64,000 nucleotides of DNA. Origin: a virus. Shown here in pieces: positions 20,372-31,841 of the stretch; position 1 is the first letter of the stretch; the number at the start of each line of letters is the position of its first letter. The DNA lies in IMG/VR virus record IMGVR_UViG_3300020051_000004; one strand, given 5' to 3'. The position numbers and the translations under genes were made by a program. The notes under the pieces were generated by a model, which worked only from the letters and a program-made list of their open reading frames with translations, ran no database searches and was not told the origin of the DNA.

Positions 20372-20641
20372 ATGATCCTCCTAACAACCATCAACTTACT
20401 CCTACAACTCGCTGTTCAATTTTTGCGCCTCAAAATCAAAACGTCAACCTATGACATTTTGGAAAAATTTGACGAGCGCCTTGACAAATTGGACCAACAG
20501 CGCGAAAAACTCCGCAAATCAACCAACACAGCCGACCAACAACGCGCCGATAAAATCATGGACGAAATCTTGGAAGAACAGAAGAAAAAGAAATTGTTCC
20601 TAGAAGATCAAAAAGTAATTGACGGGTCGAAAGAAAGCTGA
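20372..20641 (+). CDS. putative inner-membrane spanin-like protein
   Basis: N-terminal hydrophobic helix (MILLTTINLLLQLAVQFL) followed by a charged coiled coil. Confidence 0.4.
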   Translation: MILLTTINLLLQLAVQFLRLKIKTSTYDILEKFDERLDKLDQQREKLRKSTNTADQQRADKIMDEILEEQKKKKLFLEDQKVIDGSKES

Positions 20642-20653
20642 TATAGTAAAACC
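20619..20653 (+). promoter_or_regulatory. sigma70-type leaderless promoter
   Basis: TTGACG-17-TATAGT-6nt-ATG(20654). Confidence 0.75.
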
Positions 20654-21112
20654 ATGAAAGTTCAAGCAAAAGCCCGCGTTCAAGCGACAATCGAAGTAGA
20701 AGCATCTGCATGGGGCGGCGATTGTTCAATCAGTCAACTCTATAAACAAGCAGGAGAAAGCGCCATCAACCAAATCAAACATGCTTGCCAGTTATCCAAG
20801 CAAAAATTCACAATAGTTGGCGAACCTAAAGTAATCGGAATCATCACAGAACAACATTAAAAACATGGGACTTTACACACAATTCAAATTCCTAGACCAA
20901 AAAGACCCAGAATATCTCACGGCCAAAAACGGTTCTCCAGAAGAGATGGAGGAGTGGGAGGATGAATATGGGCCGCTTGATTTGCGACCAGGAAAACCAG
21001 TTGACGGCGAAGAATCCTGTATTGAAGAAACCGAAGAAGAATACGGCGGCTGGCTAATTGACTTGTCAAAGATTCCGAAGAAAGCAACACACCTACTCGT
21101 TTACCGATCCTA

Positions 21113-21329
21113 ATGCTCATGAGCAAATACGTCCTACTAACAACCCTCCTGCTAACCAGTTGCCAGTCAAAAGTTGATCAAAGAATTTATCAACCAGCGC
21201 TTTTGTTGCTTCCCCCCGCTAACCGAGGTCCAGACCACGGAAGGCGTATATACAAGTTCTGATTCTATTGAAAGGTGGTATCCCGCCAAGAAGGTAGAAG
21301 ACTTAGAAGCTAAACTGTCAAATTTTTAA
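21113..21329 (+). pseudogene. small lipoprotein (o-spanin-like) with an apparent +1 frameshift in a C6 tract
   Basis: Lipobox LLLTSC; removing one C at 21212-21217 gives a continuous ORF ...LLLLPPLTEVQTTEGVYTSSDSIERWY...SNF* that fills the gap to the next gene. Confidence 0.5.
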
Positions 21330-22071
21330 AAACCATGAATCAACAAAAACAAGACAAACTCATTGAAGTTTTATTAGATGGCCTAACTTTTGATGGAGCA
21401 CATCATAAACAATATTATCTTGGCGCGGCCCTAAAAATTATCTTGGGCGAATCAGAATACGCCGCATTATATGATCAATTTGCATGGAAAGAAGGGGTTC
21501 CAGCTTAACAATATGCAACTAACCGACCTCCCCCAAATCTTGGACGAAATGGTGTCCAAACAAAAAGAAAAACGCGCCAAAACTTTTGTTGCCCGCTATA
21601 AAGATAAGAATCTAATTATGCGAAGCGGCAAATCATCGTGGAAAGCAGTGAATCATGCGAAGGCCGCCGTAAGAAATCATTTTTCAAGCGAAGAGCGTAG
21701 TTTTGTTTATAGTGGCCGCGATTATGAAAATTACAATGACCGCCGAAAACAATTTGGCGAAGAACTCTTTAAACTAATTGACATTGTAGAATTAACAGAC
21801 TAACATGCAAACAATTACAACAACAGACAGAACCATCACTTTCGACGATTCGCCAGAAGCAAAGGATAGGGTTTTTGACTTAATGCTTGACTTTTTTAAG
21901 CAAGTTGATATGTTTAGCGGCGAATGTTTGGGGCAAAGCGATGAAACTTACATTGAGGCTCCAAACATTTTGTCAGAAGTGGCAGAAGATGGGTTTAAAT
22001 TTAAGGTAGAATACAGCGATGATTTATCCGACCAAACAGACTACAAAAACTCACTAAAGAACGACTGTTAA

Positions 22072-22965
22072 ATGAGCACTCTAGACACATCTTACCAACA
22101 AATCCTACGCGACATTCATCAATATGGCGAATGGGAAAACAATAGAACAGGAATCCGCGCCAAAATAATTCCATCCGCAATGATTACTCATGATATGAGT
22201 AGTGGATTTCCACTACTTACGATCAAGAGAACGCCATTTAAAACAATGGCCGTTGAACTTGAGGGTTTCATCAAAGGAATCACCTCTAAGAAATGGTTTC
22301 AAGAACGTGGATGTAAAATTTGGAACGAGTGGTGCAATCCTCAAAAAGTTCCTTATGGCAATGATAAATTGAGCAAAGCAAGAATGCTGTTAGAAGATGA
22401 TCTTGGATTAATTTACGGTAGCCAGTGGAGAGATTTTTGTTTCCCCGACAAAGATGGCATTTATACTGACTCGCATGGTAATTCTCCTAATGGAGTTGAT
22501 CAGTTGCAAATCATTGTTAATACGCTCAAAGAGAATCCACAGGATCGGCGAATGATTTGTTCCGCATGGAACCCTTTAGCCTTGGACCAAATGGCTCTTC
22601 CTCCTTGCCATGCTCTCTGGCAGGTTTCAGTGATCAATAACAAACTAAATCTCTGCTGGTTTCAGCGTAGCGTTGATACCCCCCTTGGGCTTGGAATAAA
22701 TATTGCATCTTATGGTCTTTTGCTTCACCTTTTGGCGCGGATTTATGGATTTAGAGAGGGCGTTCTTACTGGTTTCTTATCAAATGTTCATTTTTACGAA
22801 AATCAAATGGACGGCGTTGATGAAATTTTAGAGAGACATTCTACTTACAGCTTACCACAAGTTGAGACAGAAAAGCTTGATTCGATTTTTAATTGGTCGC
22901 ATTATCAAACAAAGTTGATTAATTACAATAGCCTTGATAAAATCAGTATGCCAGTTGCCGTTTAA
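22072..22965 (+). CDS. thyA: thymidylate synthase
   Basis: NRTG, FPLLT, LGLIYGSQWR, DRRMICSAWNP, MALPPCH, QRSVD, NIASY, HFYENQ. Confidence 0.96.
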   Translation: MSTLDTSYQQILRDIHQYGEWENNRTGIRAKIIPSAMITHDMSSGFPLLTIKRTPFKTMAVELEGFIKGITSKKWFQERGCKIWNEWCNPQKVPYGNDKLSKARMLLEDDLGLIYGSQWRDFCFPDKDGIYTDSHGNSPNGVDQLQIIVNTLKENPQDRRMICSAWNPLALDQMALPPCHALWQVSVINNKLNLCWFQRSVDTPLGLGINIASYGLLLHLLARIYGFREGVLTGFLSNVHFYENQMDGVDEILERHSTYSLPQVETEKLDSIFNWSHYQTKLINYNSLDKISMPVAV

Positions 22966-22966
22966 T

Positions 22967-23449
22967 ATGACCTTTGAACAACTTTTCGCCCCATCCATCC
23001 CAAAAATGAGAAGTGTCGCTCTCTCTTTGGGTCTTTCAAAAGAAGACTCAGAAGACTTGACTCAAGACGCTGCGATTCATTTCTGGAAAAAATTAGCGGC
23101 CAAAAAAATTGATTCGGCCCAAAATGTTGAAGCTTATTTTTGTCAATTTGTTCGCTGGCGGGCAAAAGATTTTCTCAGGAGCAAAAAGGTTTTTCAACCA
23201 GTAAGCTTAACAGACGACCTTTCTCAATTTATCCCCGCGCCCGAGAAAGAAGACGATTCGGTCATTTTAAATGAAATCATTTCTTGCGCCCAAAATAATT
23301 TAAGAAAAAGAGAAAAAATTTACTTCGACAGATTCATGGCGGGCAAAAAAGTTTCTGAAATCGGGGCGGAATTAAATCTTGACAACCAAGGGGTTTATCT
23401 GCTAAAATGTAGGATATTCAAGAAACTGAAAAGTAAGCTGATTAAATAA
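22967..23449 (+). CDS. ECF-type RNA polymerase sigma factor
   Basis: Region 2 (DSEDLTQDA...AYF...VRWRAKDFLR) and region 4 HTH (KVSEIGAELNL...VYLLKCRI..KL); start moved to ATG 22967. Confidence 0.85.
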   Translation: MTFEQLFAPSIPKMRSVALSLGLSKEDSEDLTQDAAIHFWKKLAAKKIDSAQNVEAYFCQFVRWRAKDFLRSKKVFQPVSLTDDLSQFIPAPEKEDDSVILNEIISCAQNNLRKREKIYFDRFMAGKKVSEIGAELNLDNQGVYLLKCRIFKKLKSKLIK

Positions 23450-26319
23450 ATATGCAAAATCACAATAAATTTGAAAAAACTTTTTGGATTGTTTTTTTAA
23501 TCTCATGCGTTCTTGCATTTGCGGCTGCATTATTTATTAATAATGGATTTGCTGAAATAGGTGTCATCTTTCTAATCACAGCTTTATCGTTGTCTGTTAT
23601 TGCAACAAAAAATTTTCCTGATTGTGGTTAAAATAACCTTGATAAGCGACCAAAATAATCCAAATATTAAAAACACATGAACGAAACACTAAAACCATAC
23701 ATTGAAAAACTACTTTCTTCGGGCGCAAAAACCGTTGAAGAGGCCGCAAAATTCATTGAAACTCAAACACCAGAACTAGCGAGCGAAATTGTTCGTTGGG
23801 GCGCTATTTCAGAAAGCGCCGCGCCACTATCTTTTATACTTCTTATGTTTATTTGCATTACCTTTCACTTTATTCTTTTAAAGGCAAAATGGTACATCAA
23901 AGGAACACTTGATGAAAGAAATGGCGATCCTCCAGTTTGGCCATTTAATTTGGTGGTATTTATTTTCTTCTTTGTCTGCTTCGCTGTTCAAATAATTGAT
24001 GTTTTATATCCACTCATTGCTCCACGCCTCTATATCCTCGAAAAAATCTCTTCTCTAGTCAAGTGACCGACATCTCTAAAAAATTCGCCCTAGTTTGCTC
24101 GCAAGAACACCTAAACACCCTAGTCACAGACTATATTATTTACGGCGTTGATAAAAACAACCTTGACAAAGGAGTTCTTGAAGTTTACAATGTAAGCTCA
24201 AACGAAGTGCTGAAAAAGCTAACCGAGATGCTGGCAATAAGCGTAGAAAAGAAAATTGAAAATGACCGCCGAACAAATTCTTAAATCTCATGGGTTTTCT
24301 AGTGGCAAATTAATATCCCTAAGCAAAAGCAGTTACCGCCACCTATACCCAAATAATACTGTCGTTTTCAACGCAACAATTTTGCTTAAATCGGGCGAAA
24401 AAGTTTCAATGTGCGACATAGATTTAACCCGCAGCGATGAAAAATTAATTTGCGCCGCGAAAGAAATTGGCGAATTCATCGTTCTAAGAGAAAGTGACTC
24501 TTGGAGCGTTGAAAAAGAAAATTACGAACAACTAAAACAAAAAGCAGTAAAAATTTATGGTTAATCCTTTTAAACGCACCTACCAAATTATTGAATATAA
24601 AAACCTAGACGGGAAAGTAAGATACACTGTAATTTACGCAAGCCTTTTAGAAAGGTTGTTTTCTTTTATTGGTTTTAATATATTCGTTGAAGCAAGTGGA
24701 GATTTGTATTGGAAGCAGTGGGCCTCTTCATTTCTTACCATAGAATTCGCCCAAAAAGCTGTTGAAAACCATAAAAATAAAGTAGAACAGGACAAAAGAC
24801 AAGAATACAAAAAATCAGCAATTCACTATGTCGAATAACACAGGAGCAGGCAAAGGTCCAAATTTAAGAAAGGGTGCGAATCTAAATGCCTATTGGCAAA
24901 ACTACGACAATATTTTTCGCCGCCCAAAAGTTGTCAAAGACGGATGCGGCAACGAATGGCAGTCTTGTAAAAGACAAGACTGTGGATTGCATGTAGTCCG
25001 CCCAGGAAAAGTTCAATGTTGGTGCGACGAAGAAGGAGGGCCGCTTGAGTAATTTTGAAAACCGTTTAGCCTCAGACGAGGCTATGAATTTGATCTCAGA
25101 TTTTGTTGACTTACTTGAAAAGTATGAGGATGTCTTGCTAGAAATCTCAAAAAGCAACCTCCCGAAAAAACTAAAAGATCGCGCCGCCGAAGCTCTTTCC
25201 TATGGAAATGAACTAATTGACGGGCCGCCAGACAACCTTGAAGATTGATAAATTAGTATGGAAAAACTGCCAAAAAATATCAGCGAAGCGATTCGATTCT
25301 CGGGTGGGCTGTCAAAAATCGTTAGAGACATGAGAGATATGCTTGACGCAACAAGTCAAGAAATATCCAGAGCTGCCGATTTAATTTCTTTCTACGAAAA
25401 AGAGCTAACTGAAATAGCCAACGCCAAAGGTTTTGACAATATTGGTAATTGGGCCAAAAATAAAGCAAAAGCGGCAATCAAGAAAGGTAAAACATTATGA
25501 CCAAATGCTACTCTCAAAACGAAGAAGACTTTCATTCTAACATGGAAACAGCCCTACAATTAGCTGTTGAAGATTTTTTAGGATGCAGTCCAGATTTTGA
25601 GGGAGAAACTGAAATTGAATTATTTGAGGGCGAAAAAGACTACAAAAGCATCTCAGCATTCCTACCCAAAATCAGCGAATACATCGAAGACAGGGCCTAT
25701 GGAGAAAGTGATGATTATGCCAAGCATTGGTGCAAAAGAATAGAGAAAAATTCCGCCGAAATACAAAAAACCTTGAGCGCTGCATTAGAAAATTGGGCCA
25801 ACCTTACCAACAATCAGCCAAACTTTTATAGCGTGAAAAACGTTCAACCAATCTCTGTGAAAATTAATGTTGACAAAGAGGGCAATTGGGAGGAAGTTAA
25901 AGCATGAAAAAAATCCGCCGCCCAAAATGGTGCACAGGTTTGCAGTCAATCCTAGATGCCTCAGACAAACAAATGCGGGAATATAGGGATTGGATTAACA
26001 GCCTACCAGAACCCGACCCGAAGTTTGAAAATAATCGCTACTCTTTTTGGAGCCGCTATAATAAAAGGCGTTATTTTATCTTAGAAAACAACGAATGGTT
26101 TTTTGACGGTGAAAAGTTGAATGACTATATCCGCGTGGGATACAAGGATAGTCCAAGCAACCCAACCTTTATTGACCCCGATGGTGGACCTTTTTTAGAA
26201 ATCGGCTCAAAGTTCAAAAAACATGTATCCGTCTTGCCAGAACACAATCTTCAAATCACTGGCTTTAAGAACGAGAATGGCCGCTGGAAACTACTGACAA
26301 CAGGAGCAAAGGAGGTAAA

Positions 26320-26655
26320 ATGTTAGACCAAGACGACTATCCCACAGAAGAATTCCTCAAAAGCATTGAAGAATTTGACGATTACAAAAACCTTGAAACT
26401 CTTTTTGCTGAAATTAAAAAGGCGTGGGCGTATGCTGGTTATTTTAGCGACCCATTGGATGAGCCGCCAGATGAAGTTAAGCCGCTGCTTTTCGGAGAGC
26501 GCCATTGCAAGTGGTTGAGATTAGCAACTGGAGGGTGGTCAGGCAACGAATCAATTATTGCGGCCTTGGAAAAGAATCCTATCGTTCAAGCTTTTTGTTG
26601 GTATATGTCAGCAAGAGGAGGTCTTCATATTTATCAACTTCCGCTATGGAAATAA
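26320..26655 (+). CDS. phage hypothetical protein (TGGWSGNE motif)
   Basis: DDYPTEE...LATGGWSGNESIIAAL...W.MSARGG. Confidence 0.6.
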   Translation: MLDQDDYPTEEFLKSIEEFDDYKNLETLFAEIKKAWAYAGYFSDPLDEPPDEVKPLLFGERHCKWLRLATGGWSGNESIIAALEKNPIVQAFCWYMSARGGLHIYQLPLWK

Positions 26656-26763
26656 TTGCTCTCGAACAACTAATCATTTTGGCACAAAACGACCTCGATA
26701 AATTCAAGGCTCGCAAAAGCGGCTATCCTAAAAACGACTCCCATATAGAATCGGCCAAAAATG

Positions 26764-27195
26764 TCATAAACGGGGCGAAAAAACTGCTAGAAGAGCTAAA
26801 AGCTGCTTAGCCACAAACTTTTCATTGCCGCGCTCTAAAATAAAAACATGCGGCGCTTCATTTTCTGATACCTCTTCAAACAAGGAGTCTGAGTCTTTGT
26901 ATTTGCCCGATCCAAGATGCGAACAATAAACAACCACATCGGGCGCAAATATTTTTCTCAACTCTTTTGTGGGGCAAATAAAATCACAAACCACAACTCG
27001 CGACCCACATTTTTTGGCCAAAAGTTTCATAGTTTCTGCTTGACGCTTTCTCCCATTCATGGTAAAGTCATTATTGCTAGTCAATTCCCTCATAAAATCA
27101 CCATTAAAATGAGTAAAATCAAAGAAACCTCGCAAATAATTGGCAAAAAAAGTTTTTCCGCTTGACGAGAGCCCGCAAATTAGAATCTTAATCAT
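26764..27195 (-). CDS. adenylyl-sulfate (APS) kinase-like P-loop kinase
   Basis: ILICGLSSSGKT, FNGD.MR...NDFT..GR.RQA..M, VCDFICPT..LR, KY.D...LFE; start at MIKILI. Confidence 0.75.
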   Translation of the reverse strand: MIKILICGLSSSGKTFFANYLRGFFDFTHFNGDFMRELTSNNDFTMNGRKRQAETMKLLAKKCGSRVVVCDFICPTKELRKIFAPDVVVYCSHLGSGKYKDSDSLFEEVSENEAPHVFILERGNEKFVAKQLLALLAVFSPRL

Positions 27196-27213
27196 AACAA
27201 TAATAACAACAAT

Positions 27214-27885
27214 ATGAAAATTACCTTCCTCCGCCACGGACACTCTAACAACTCTTCATCTAGCCATTCTCTTATTTTCACAAGGCAAGAACTGCCAAAC
27301 TCCGACGAGAGTTCTGAATTTGGCTGGCAATCTTTCACCTGCTCAAGCAAACAAGACAAGTTGAACTATTTATTGACTTGTCTGCACGAAAAGTTTTCGA
27401 GCCAATTAAATTTTCCGTATCTTTACGAGATTGATGACTATAAGAATGACAAGTGGCACTCTTACGTGGAATCTTCCAGGAAAACTTTAAATAATTTAGA
27501 AAGCTCAATGTTTAAGACTTGGGTGAAAATCTACCTTGGATTCGAGGATTTTAATGTGAGCGGTTATGTTGACCACCAATCAAGGATTAGCTTCCCATGT
27601 GATCGAGGCGGCAAAAAAATTCATTATGAATTTGCCAAAGACTTTATTAATGAGTTCGTTTGGTCTGGAAACTGGTATGTTTTCGGCGGCAATGACAATG
27701 AGGATCGTAGCGACCCCCCAACCAATGACGAAAAGGGTGATTTTGAAGATTTCCGTGCCGTCTGGAGGTTCCTAACCGATACTGGAGATATTATGTGTGT
27801 CAAAGACCAGTTGACAAACGAGTATGTCTTGAGTAATGTAGATGGACAAAACTATAACGGCTCAATCACCAAAATCAAATTCTAA
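27214..27885 (+). CDS. hypothetical protein with N-terminal RxGxxxNSSSSHS motif
   Basis: MKITFLRHGHSNNSSSSHSLIF; also FGW, GYVDHQS, GGNDN; TAATG-coupled to the radical SAM gene. Confidence 0.75.
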   Translation: MKITFLRHGHSNNSSSSHSLIFTRQELPNSDESSEFGWQSFTCSSKQDKLNYLLTCLHEKFSSQLNFPYLYEIDDYKNDKWHSYVESSRKTLNNLESSMFKTWVKIYLGFEDFNVSGYVDHQSRISFPCDRGGKKIHYEFAKDFINEFVWSGNWYVFGGNDNEDRSDPPTNDEKGDFEDFRAVWRFLTDTGDIMCVKDQLTNEYVLSNVDGQNYNGSITKIKF

Positions 27886-28754
27886 TGCACCTACCACAAA
27901 ACTTCGCGGCCAAATCTGGGTTTCCATACCTTGTTGATGTTAAAATTTCAGAGTTCTGCCCATATAACTGCAATTTTTGCTATCAGTCTTCAACGAAGGA
28001 GGGAAAACACGCCGAACAATATTTCTTATCTTCAACTTTGCCAGAGGTTTTGATGAATGCTGGTGTTCTTGAGGTTAATTTTGGTGGCGGCGAACCAACT
28101 CTTTACAAAGGGGAGGGCTATGGAACACTAGAATATGTCCTTCGCGCCTTTAAAAGCAAAAGGTTTAAGGTTGGAATTACTACAAAAAACTACAACTGGC
28201 ACAAAGACAAGAATTTTGCAGCACAAATTAAATTAGTTGATTCGGTGGCTATTTCAGTCAACTCTCTAGATGAATTAAAGGCTGCGGAAAAACTTGAAAA
28301 AGCTATTAACGCAGATGGTCGAGCGCCTGTTTATTATCAGTGCGTTTTTGAGTTGGTGTCTTATGAGCAATTTAAGGAATTTATTGTTGCCGTAGCCGAA
28401 AGACACAATCGAAACATTACACTTCTTGGATACAAAGACTTTGGTTTCGGGAAAAACGGTCAAAAGTACAATTATCCTAATGAGTGGATCGGTTTCATTA
28501 AAGAAATACATGATAAAACCCGATTGAACATTGGAATCGACTCCGTAATGGTAAAAAATTGGCGCGAAAAATTAATTAATTTCGGCATCAAAGATTATTA
28601 CCTTGTCGGGACAGAGGGGAAATCGACTTGTTATGTTGATGCGGTAAAACAGAAAATGTATTCCAGCAGTTTCTCAGACGAAGAAGGTTTGCCAATGCCA
28701 AGCAGTATTTACGATAAAAAGGTTGACTTTTTGAAAAACTTTGCGACATTTTAA
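27885..28754 (+). CDS. radical SAM enzyme
   Basis: CPYNCNFC (CxxxCxxC), FGGGEPT, LLGYK..GFG, EG..TCYVDAV. Confidence 0.92.
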   Translation: MHLPQNFAAKSGFPYLVDVKISEFCPYNCNFCYQSSTKEGKHAEQYFLSSTLPEVLMNAGVLEVNFGGGEPTLYKGEGYGTLEYVLRAFKSKRFKVGITTKNYNWHKDKNFAAQIKLVDSVAISVNSLDELKAAEKLEKAINADGRAPVYYQCVFELVSYEQFKEFIVAVAERHNRNITLLGYKDFGFGKNGQKYNYPNEWIGFIKEIHDKTRLNIGIDSVMVKNWREKLINFGIKDYYLVGTEGKSTCYVDAVKQKMYSSSFSDEEGLPMPSSIYDKKVDFLKNFATF

Positions 28755-30916
28755 CATGATCAACCCATCCCTACTCCTTAACCCCGCTCTAGAAGAAATT
28801 AAAGCGGCCCAAATAGAATTAAAAACTGCCCACCAATATTTGACCGCCGCAATTGAAGAATTTGAAACAATTAAAGTTCAAGACTGGGAGCTGTCTGATG
28901 AGAATTCTTAGTAAATATTTTTGGCGCGATTTTTATAGAGATATTAGGGATTTCTTTTGGCCGCGAAACAAATGGCTGACAGATCGCATCCCCAATAGTT
29001 GGCGCGACAAAGACTGGCTAATTGAGGAAACTTTAAGTGCCGCGATTATTCATTTTGTTGATGAAGAAAAAGGCTTTGAAGAAACTGTCTGGGACGATAC
29101 GCCAGAAAAATTAGACACTTACCATAAGCTCAATAGCGCTTACCACTGGTTCAAGTGGCAGCGAAAATCCTTAGAAGAAAAAGAAGGTAGGGATTTTGAG
29201 GCTTCTTTGCTGGAGAAACATTCATCTTTTCAAGAATTTAGAGCTGATTTGTATTACGATTTCGCCGCTAAAAAAGAAATTCTTGACAACCTTCACTTGA
29301 AGAATATAATCAAATACCGCAAACACTTATGGACATAATCGAAAAAACCAAACAAATCATCGCCAAACACAAAGTTGTAGCCAATTCGCTACCCTTTAAC
29401 CCATTCAAACTTCGGCGCGAATCAAAAAGCGGCGGGCTTGGCTGGGAGGGAGATGGAATCGTTGGTTTTTGCGACACCCCACAATTCAAGGATTCATATT
29501 TAAAAGCCACAAACCTCCAAAACAAATACCAAAACAGGGTTCCCGAAAATTGGTATGGTTTTGAAATTGATTGTTGGCCCGTTAATTGGATTGATGCCTT
29601 GGAAGAATTTTTGACTGAATTAGAAAAAGATTCGCCCGACTTTGAAATTTACCAACTTAAACTCAAATGGGGAAGTTTTCGCGGCTATATGGGGAATCTT
29701 TCGGAAGAGGCGGGAAAATCAGTTGACCTTCTTAAAGAAGCTATGCAAGACAAAAACCTGATTTACTAATATGCCATACGACCCTGAAACATTTCAAAAT
29801 CTTTATCCGTTTCCTGATAGGTCAAAAATTAGGGAACGAGTAGATAACCAAATTACAAACGGCGAATTAAAAATTCCGCAAAATAGAGTTCTAGACTCAA
29901 AACCTTGGGTCGCGGAGATGGTTAGCGAACGATACAAAGAAGAACATCGCTTGTGGCTTTATTCTGAATACGAGGCTCAACAAGCATGGGCAAAAACTCA
30001 AGAAGCTGAGTATGGTTTTAACAACCTACCTGAAAATTTAAAACAAAATATCCACAATTATGTCCGTGAGAATGGAGATGATCGCGGCGAAATGCTAAAC
30101 CTTTATGATGGCGTGTCTAGGTTGGTAATTGAGGCGTACGAAACTGGAATCAGAGAACACTTACAGAGAAAATGACCTTTGACTTAACATCTTCCGAAGC
30201 TCTTCAGCTTATTCGCAATGACAGAAACGAAGAACATACTGAACAATTATTCATTGCGGCGCGGCCAAACGATTGCACTTTTAATGGCACAATTAAAAGT
30301 TTCGGCGGCAAAGAAATTGTTTTTGAGTGCAAGGGCGACATTTTAGGGCCAGCCTATATTCATGAAGTAATTAAAGTTGACGGCGGATACAAACTGGAAT
30401 ACTGGGGAGATTCATTTAAAAGAATTTTGCCCGACAATTCTTCCTACTCTCAAGAGCGATTAGGCATAGACGACTATACTGGAAGATGCGAACAAGCTTT
30501 GCACAATCTTTGGATAGAAGAAAACGCCGAAAACGAACCATGGAAAATGGACAAAACTGGCCTCCTTCAAAGCTTAATTAATAGCCGAAAAGAAATCACC
30601 GACAAGTTTCTGACTAACCGCGAGAGAAAATTGGTGGCCACTATTGTTCAGTGGTTTGGGACAAATTGCGGGCGAGCATTTTTAGAAACGGCAAATTATA
30701 ACGCGGCGCAACTTGGAAAACAACATGATCAACTATCCCCATCACCCCGAAAAACTCCTAACCATTGAAGAAATCGCCGCCCAAATCAAAAGCGGAGAAT
30801 ATTCGGCGGAATTACTTTTGATGCATTTGTGTCATCTTTATAATGAGCTGGAAGCTGAAAAAGAAATTTAAGGAAAGAGGTTATTGACAAACGGGTTTTT
30901 GAGGTTAGGTTAAACC

Positions 30917-31807
30917 ATGAACCTATCCCTCTGCTGCATCTCTCAAACACTCTCCGACAACGGCCATTCGTTCAAAACAATGACCTATACTCAGTTTTGC
31001 AAAAAGCCATTTGACGTGGCCATCGCAGAATTGAGCGAGCGTATTCTTCACAATTTCAAGAATACTTTGCGGACAATTCGGTTCTGCCAGCTTAACAATA
31101 TCCAAGGATACAGATTGTCCAGTAGCCTTGCGCCAATCTTGACGCACAAAAACGTTAATTTACACATTCGCGACTTGCCAAATTTTGCGGCCATTAAAAA
31201 TGTGTGCGAGCAAATTAAAGCGGCGCTTTTAGTTTCTCCTCTGCGTCTTTCAGCTCATCCTAGCGAGTACATCACTCTCTCTAGCGATAACCCAGAGTGT
31301 ATTAAAAACAGCATACTCGACTTAGAACAGCACGCCGAGATTTTTGACTTGTTGGATTTGCCAAACGATTATCGCTCGCCCATGAACATTCATGTACGCC
31401 GTGACGATGATCCTGTAAAAGTTGCTACCCGAGTATGGGAAGTTTATGACGAGTTGCCAGACAATGTTCGTAATCGCCTTGTCCTAGAAAACAATGACAA
31501 TGCTAATGGCGTCTGGAGCGTTAAAAACCTTGTAGAGTATTTTCGCGGGATTCCAATTACTTTTGATACACTTCATCATTCTTTGTTACCTGATGGGTTG
31601 ATTGATCAAGAGGCATTTAACATAGCTTACGACACTTGGCCTGTTACTCCTATTTTTCATTATAGCGAGGGTGTAGATGGAACTCGCAAACACGCCGACA
31701 TGCCAGTTTCGTTTCCAAAAGATTATGGGCGGGAAGTGTTTTGGGAAATCGAGTTAAAACAAAAGAATTTAGCAATAGATAAAATTAGAGAATTAGCCGC
31801 AAAATAA
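30917..31807 (+). CDS. uvsE: UV damage endonuclease
   Basis: YRLSS, RLSAHPSEY..LSS, NIH, RLVLENND, PITFD.LHH, P.FHYSE, RKHAD, EIELKQK. Confidence 0.92.
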   Translation: MNLSLCCISQTLSDNGHSFKTMTYTQFCKKPFDVAIAELSERILHNFKNTLRTIRFCQLNNIQGYRLSSSLAPILTHKNVNLHIRDLPNFAAIKNVCEQIKAALLVSPLRLSAHPSEYITLSSDNPECIKNSILDLEQHAEIFDLLDLPNDYRSPMNIHVRRDDDPVKVATRVWEVYDELPDNVRNRLVLENNDNANGVWSVKNLVEYFRGIPITFDTLHHSLLPDGLIDQEAFNIAYDTWPVTPIFHYSEGVDGTRKHADMPVSFPKDYGREVFWEIELKQKNLAIDKIRELAAK

Positions 31808-31841
31808 ATTGACAAATTTGTAATTTCTATTATCATATACC

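Noticed and set aside
22072-22965. dCMP/dUMP hydroxymethylase indicating hypermodified DNA
   Set aside because: It keeps the canonical ThyA motifs, including PCH and the dUMP-specifying Asn (NIASY), so it is best read as an ordinary thymidylate synthase.
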